From: Amoebidium appalachense
Taxonomy: Eukaryota > Protista > Ichthyosporea
NCBI GenBank assembly: GCA_963693365.1
Contig: CAVNZM010000005.1
Location: 5,711,167-5,775,166 of the forward strand
Length of the DNA stretch: 64,000 nucleotides
Direction of reading: 5' to 3'
The position numbers were made by a program, and so were the translations under genes. Positions 61,531 to 64,000 of this stretch are shown in pieces (position 1 is the first letter of the stretch; each line of letters opens with the position of its first letter). The notes below the pieces were generated by a model. That model worked only from the letters and a program-made list of their open reading frames with translations, ran no database searches and was not told the origin of the DNA.

Positions 61531-61913
61531 CTATCGTCTCTCATCATCCTCATCCTGCCCCAGCGCATAATCCTCTTCCTCCTCCTCCTCCCGTTCTGCT
61601 TTCAACGGAGATTGGTATTCCGCGTTTTCCAACCCTGCTATTTCTGGATTGTAGGGTTCCGGAAGTGGAAATCGGGGGTCCTTTAGAAGTTGTGGTTTCC
61701 CATCCAGGGACGAAAATGTGCCAATGTGCTGAAAGAGAGAAACCTTGCTACCCAATCGTTGGTGGCCGTGGCGCAGCAACACCTAATGAACAAATAGAAT
61801 GGTTATGTTAGTTTTTATCTGGGTTTAATGGTCCCCATAAAGAACGTTGTTGCTGGTTGGGTACTACAGGAGCCTCCATTCAATTCCTTCCTAACACTTT
61901 CCCTCTAATGTCT

Positions 61914-61965
<52 letters not shown>

Positions 61966-62246
61966 CTCCCTCCCTCCCCCTCCCTCGCCCCCCTTCCTCG
62001 ATGTAAAGTAAGAAGGAAACCCTCCAGATTCCAATGCACATGATGTAAATACGACAATACCCCTCCCCTCTCCCCCTTCCCCCGTACACACACCCCACCA
62101 CACTCCATTCTTTCTCATCAAGCAGCCCAACCAACCCACCATCCACCCATCCATCCACCGGCCCACTTGCTCATCCGACCACAATGCCCACTTTACCCTC
62201 TTACCCCCCCTCCCCCCCCCCCCCCCCCCCCCCCCCCCAACCAACC

Positions 62247-62316
<70 letters not shown>

Positions 62317-62355
62317 CTCTATCCCTCTCTCTTTTCTCTCTTTCTCCCCCGCCCG

Positions 62356-62428
<73 letters not shown>

Positions 62429-62600
62429 CGCGCGCGCACACACACACACATGCACACACACACACACACACACACCTTAACGCCCTTCCACACATAGACG
62501 GTTAAGAGTGCACACACGGAAGATGTAAGATCCAAGAACACCACACATATTATGTTCTACTGCCAGGGGGAGCAAGTGTGGTTGTGTGCATGTGTGTGCG

Positions 62601-62631
<31 letters not shown>

Positions 62632-62733
62632 TTGTGTGGGCGTGAGCATGTGTTTGTGTGTAAGTATGTCTGTGTGTGTATGTGTGTATGTTTGTGACGT
62701 GGTTTGTGACGTGTAGGGCTGTGTGTGTGCACT

Positions 62734-62770
<37 letters not shown>

Positions 62771-63451
62771 GGGGGGGGAGGGTGGGAGGGGTTTCAGCAC
62801 ATGGCCATCATACCTGGTAAAGCAGAATATCAGCCGGGGCCTCGGCATACGTTTTAGACAAATAATCGACCAATTGATCCATCTCTTTAGTTCTAAAAGT
62901 TTTACCAATAAAGCCCAATATGGAAAAGTCTAGCATGTACCATCCCCTTCCCTGGGTTTCCAGCCGGCCGATTACCCGACGGATGGTCTTTGTGTAGCCC
63001 GGGATGGTGATCACGTCATCTTCAAGCTGTGGGGTATTAAGGATATCGGGTTATTTTCGGTTTTTTGCTATAGCCAATTATGGAGTATTCACTTGATCCC
63101 CCCCTCCCCCCCTCCCCCCCCCCTCCCCCTCCCCCTCCCACACGCACACACACACGTGGGCGGTTGAATGCACAGCGACAGTTACATAAACGGGCAAGGA
63201 TAGCACTAGCCCCCCCGACCTCATCCTCCCATTTTCTATTGCGTTCTAACCCTTCCCCTTCCCCTCCCCTCCCCTCCCCCCACCCCCCCCCCCACCCCCC
63301 CCCCTCCCCCCTCCCTTGGGTGCACCCACAGACCTGCAATTACCACTGTGTAAATGAGTATGTGCCTAAGCGTGTGCCTGTGTGTGTGCGCATGCGCGCT
63401 TGAGTGCTTGTGCGAATGTGTTTGAATGTGTCTGTGCATGTGTGTGTGTGT

Positions 63452-63550
<99 letters not shown>

Positions 63551-63565
63551 TGTACGTGTACGTGT

Positions 63566-63631
<66 letters not shown>

Positions 63632-63953
63632 ATGTTCGAGTGTATATGCGTAAAGCTATGTAGATGTGTTTGTGTGCTTGCGGAAGGGGAACGTAAAGGG
63701 GGAGCAGGGGGGAGGGGGTGGGGGTTGAGTGGGGGGAGGGAGGGGATGGGGGGCACTGTCTCACCTGCATGTAGTGAGTTGCTTTTGGCCTGCAATATGC
63801 CATTAGCAGCGCATAATCAAGTGACTGTTTTTGGCGTTTAAAGGCCTTTTCTGATTGGCTCCCGTAGTTTTCACCGTGCATTCCATCCATAGGTGGGTAG
63901 AAGTGGGGGGTGGGGCCCTGACTACTTCCATGAGCCCGTCGGAGACTTCAGAG
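61531..63953 (-). CDS. MGAT4: MGAT4/GnT-IV-like N-acetylglucosaminyltransferase (GT54), last three exons; 5' part lies beyond the window
   Basis: Exons complement(63765-63953, 62814-63026, 61531-61782). Motifs [68 protein letters not shown] follow the GT54 consensus. One frameshift in a G-run at 63905-63910, probably a sequencing error. Confidence 0.88.
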
Positions 63954-64000
63954 CTGTAGTTGGTATGCAGCTGTGTTTGTGTTTGTGTGTATGGGAAGGG

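Noticed and set aside
63905-63910. Programmed frameshift or pseudogenisation in MGAT4
   Set aside because: Single-base shift inside a G homopolymer in an otherwise intact gene; a sequencing error is more likely.

Overview
Intron-rich eukaryotic DNA (GT-AG spliced genes; introns and intergenic DNA full of poly-C/poly-G runs and (CA)n/(CT)n microsatellites). An attractin and an MGAT4-like gene suggest a holozoan, possibly a unicellular relative of animals (inference only). Contents in order: (1) a frameshifted non-LTR reverse transcriptase lying between perfect 29-bp terminal inverted repeats (2.3-4.8 kb); (2) two tandem aquaglyceroporin genes on the minus strand, transcribed divergently from (3) a complete 5-exon glycerol kinase, i.e. 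a glpF-glpF/glpK-like glycerol uptake and phosphorylation cluster in a eukaryote, with CCAAT-box-dense promoters and a miniature LTR element (PBS, PPT, LTR) in the shared intergenic region; (4) a disrupted BTB/KCTD gene; (5) a 4-exon orphan gene broken by a 14-bp tandem duplication; (6) a complete 20-exon attractin-like gene (about 1201 aa); (7) the 3' part of an MGAT4/GT54 glycosyltransferase running off the window end. Most ORFs in the supplied track are translations of simple repeats. Exon boundaries were read by eye and checked for phase; at least one frameshift looks like a homopolymer sequencing error, so pseudogene calls need read-level checks.
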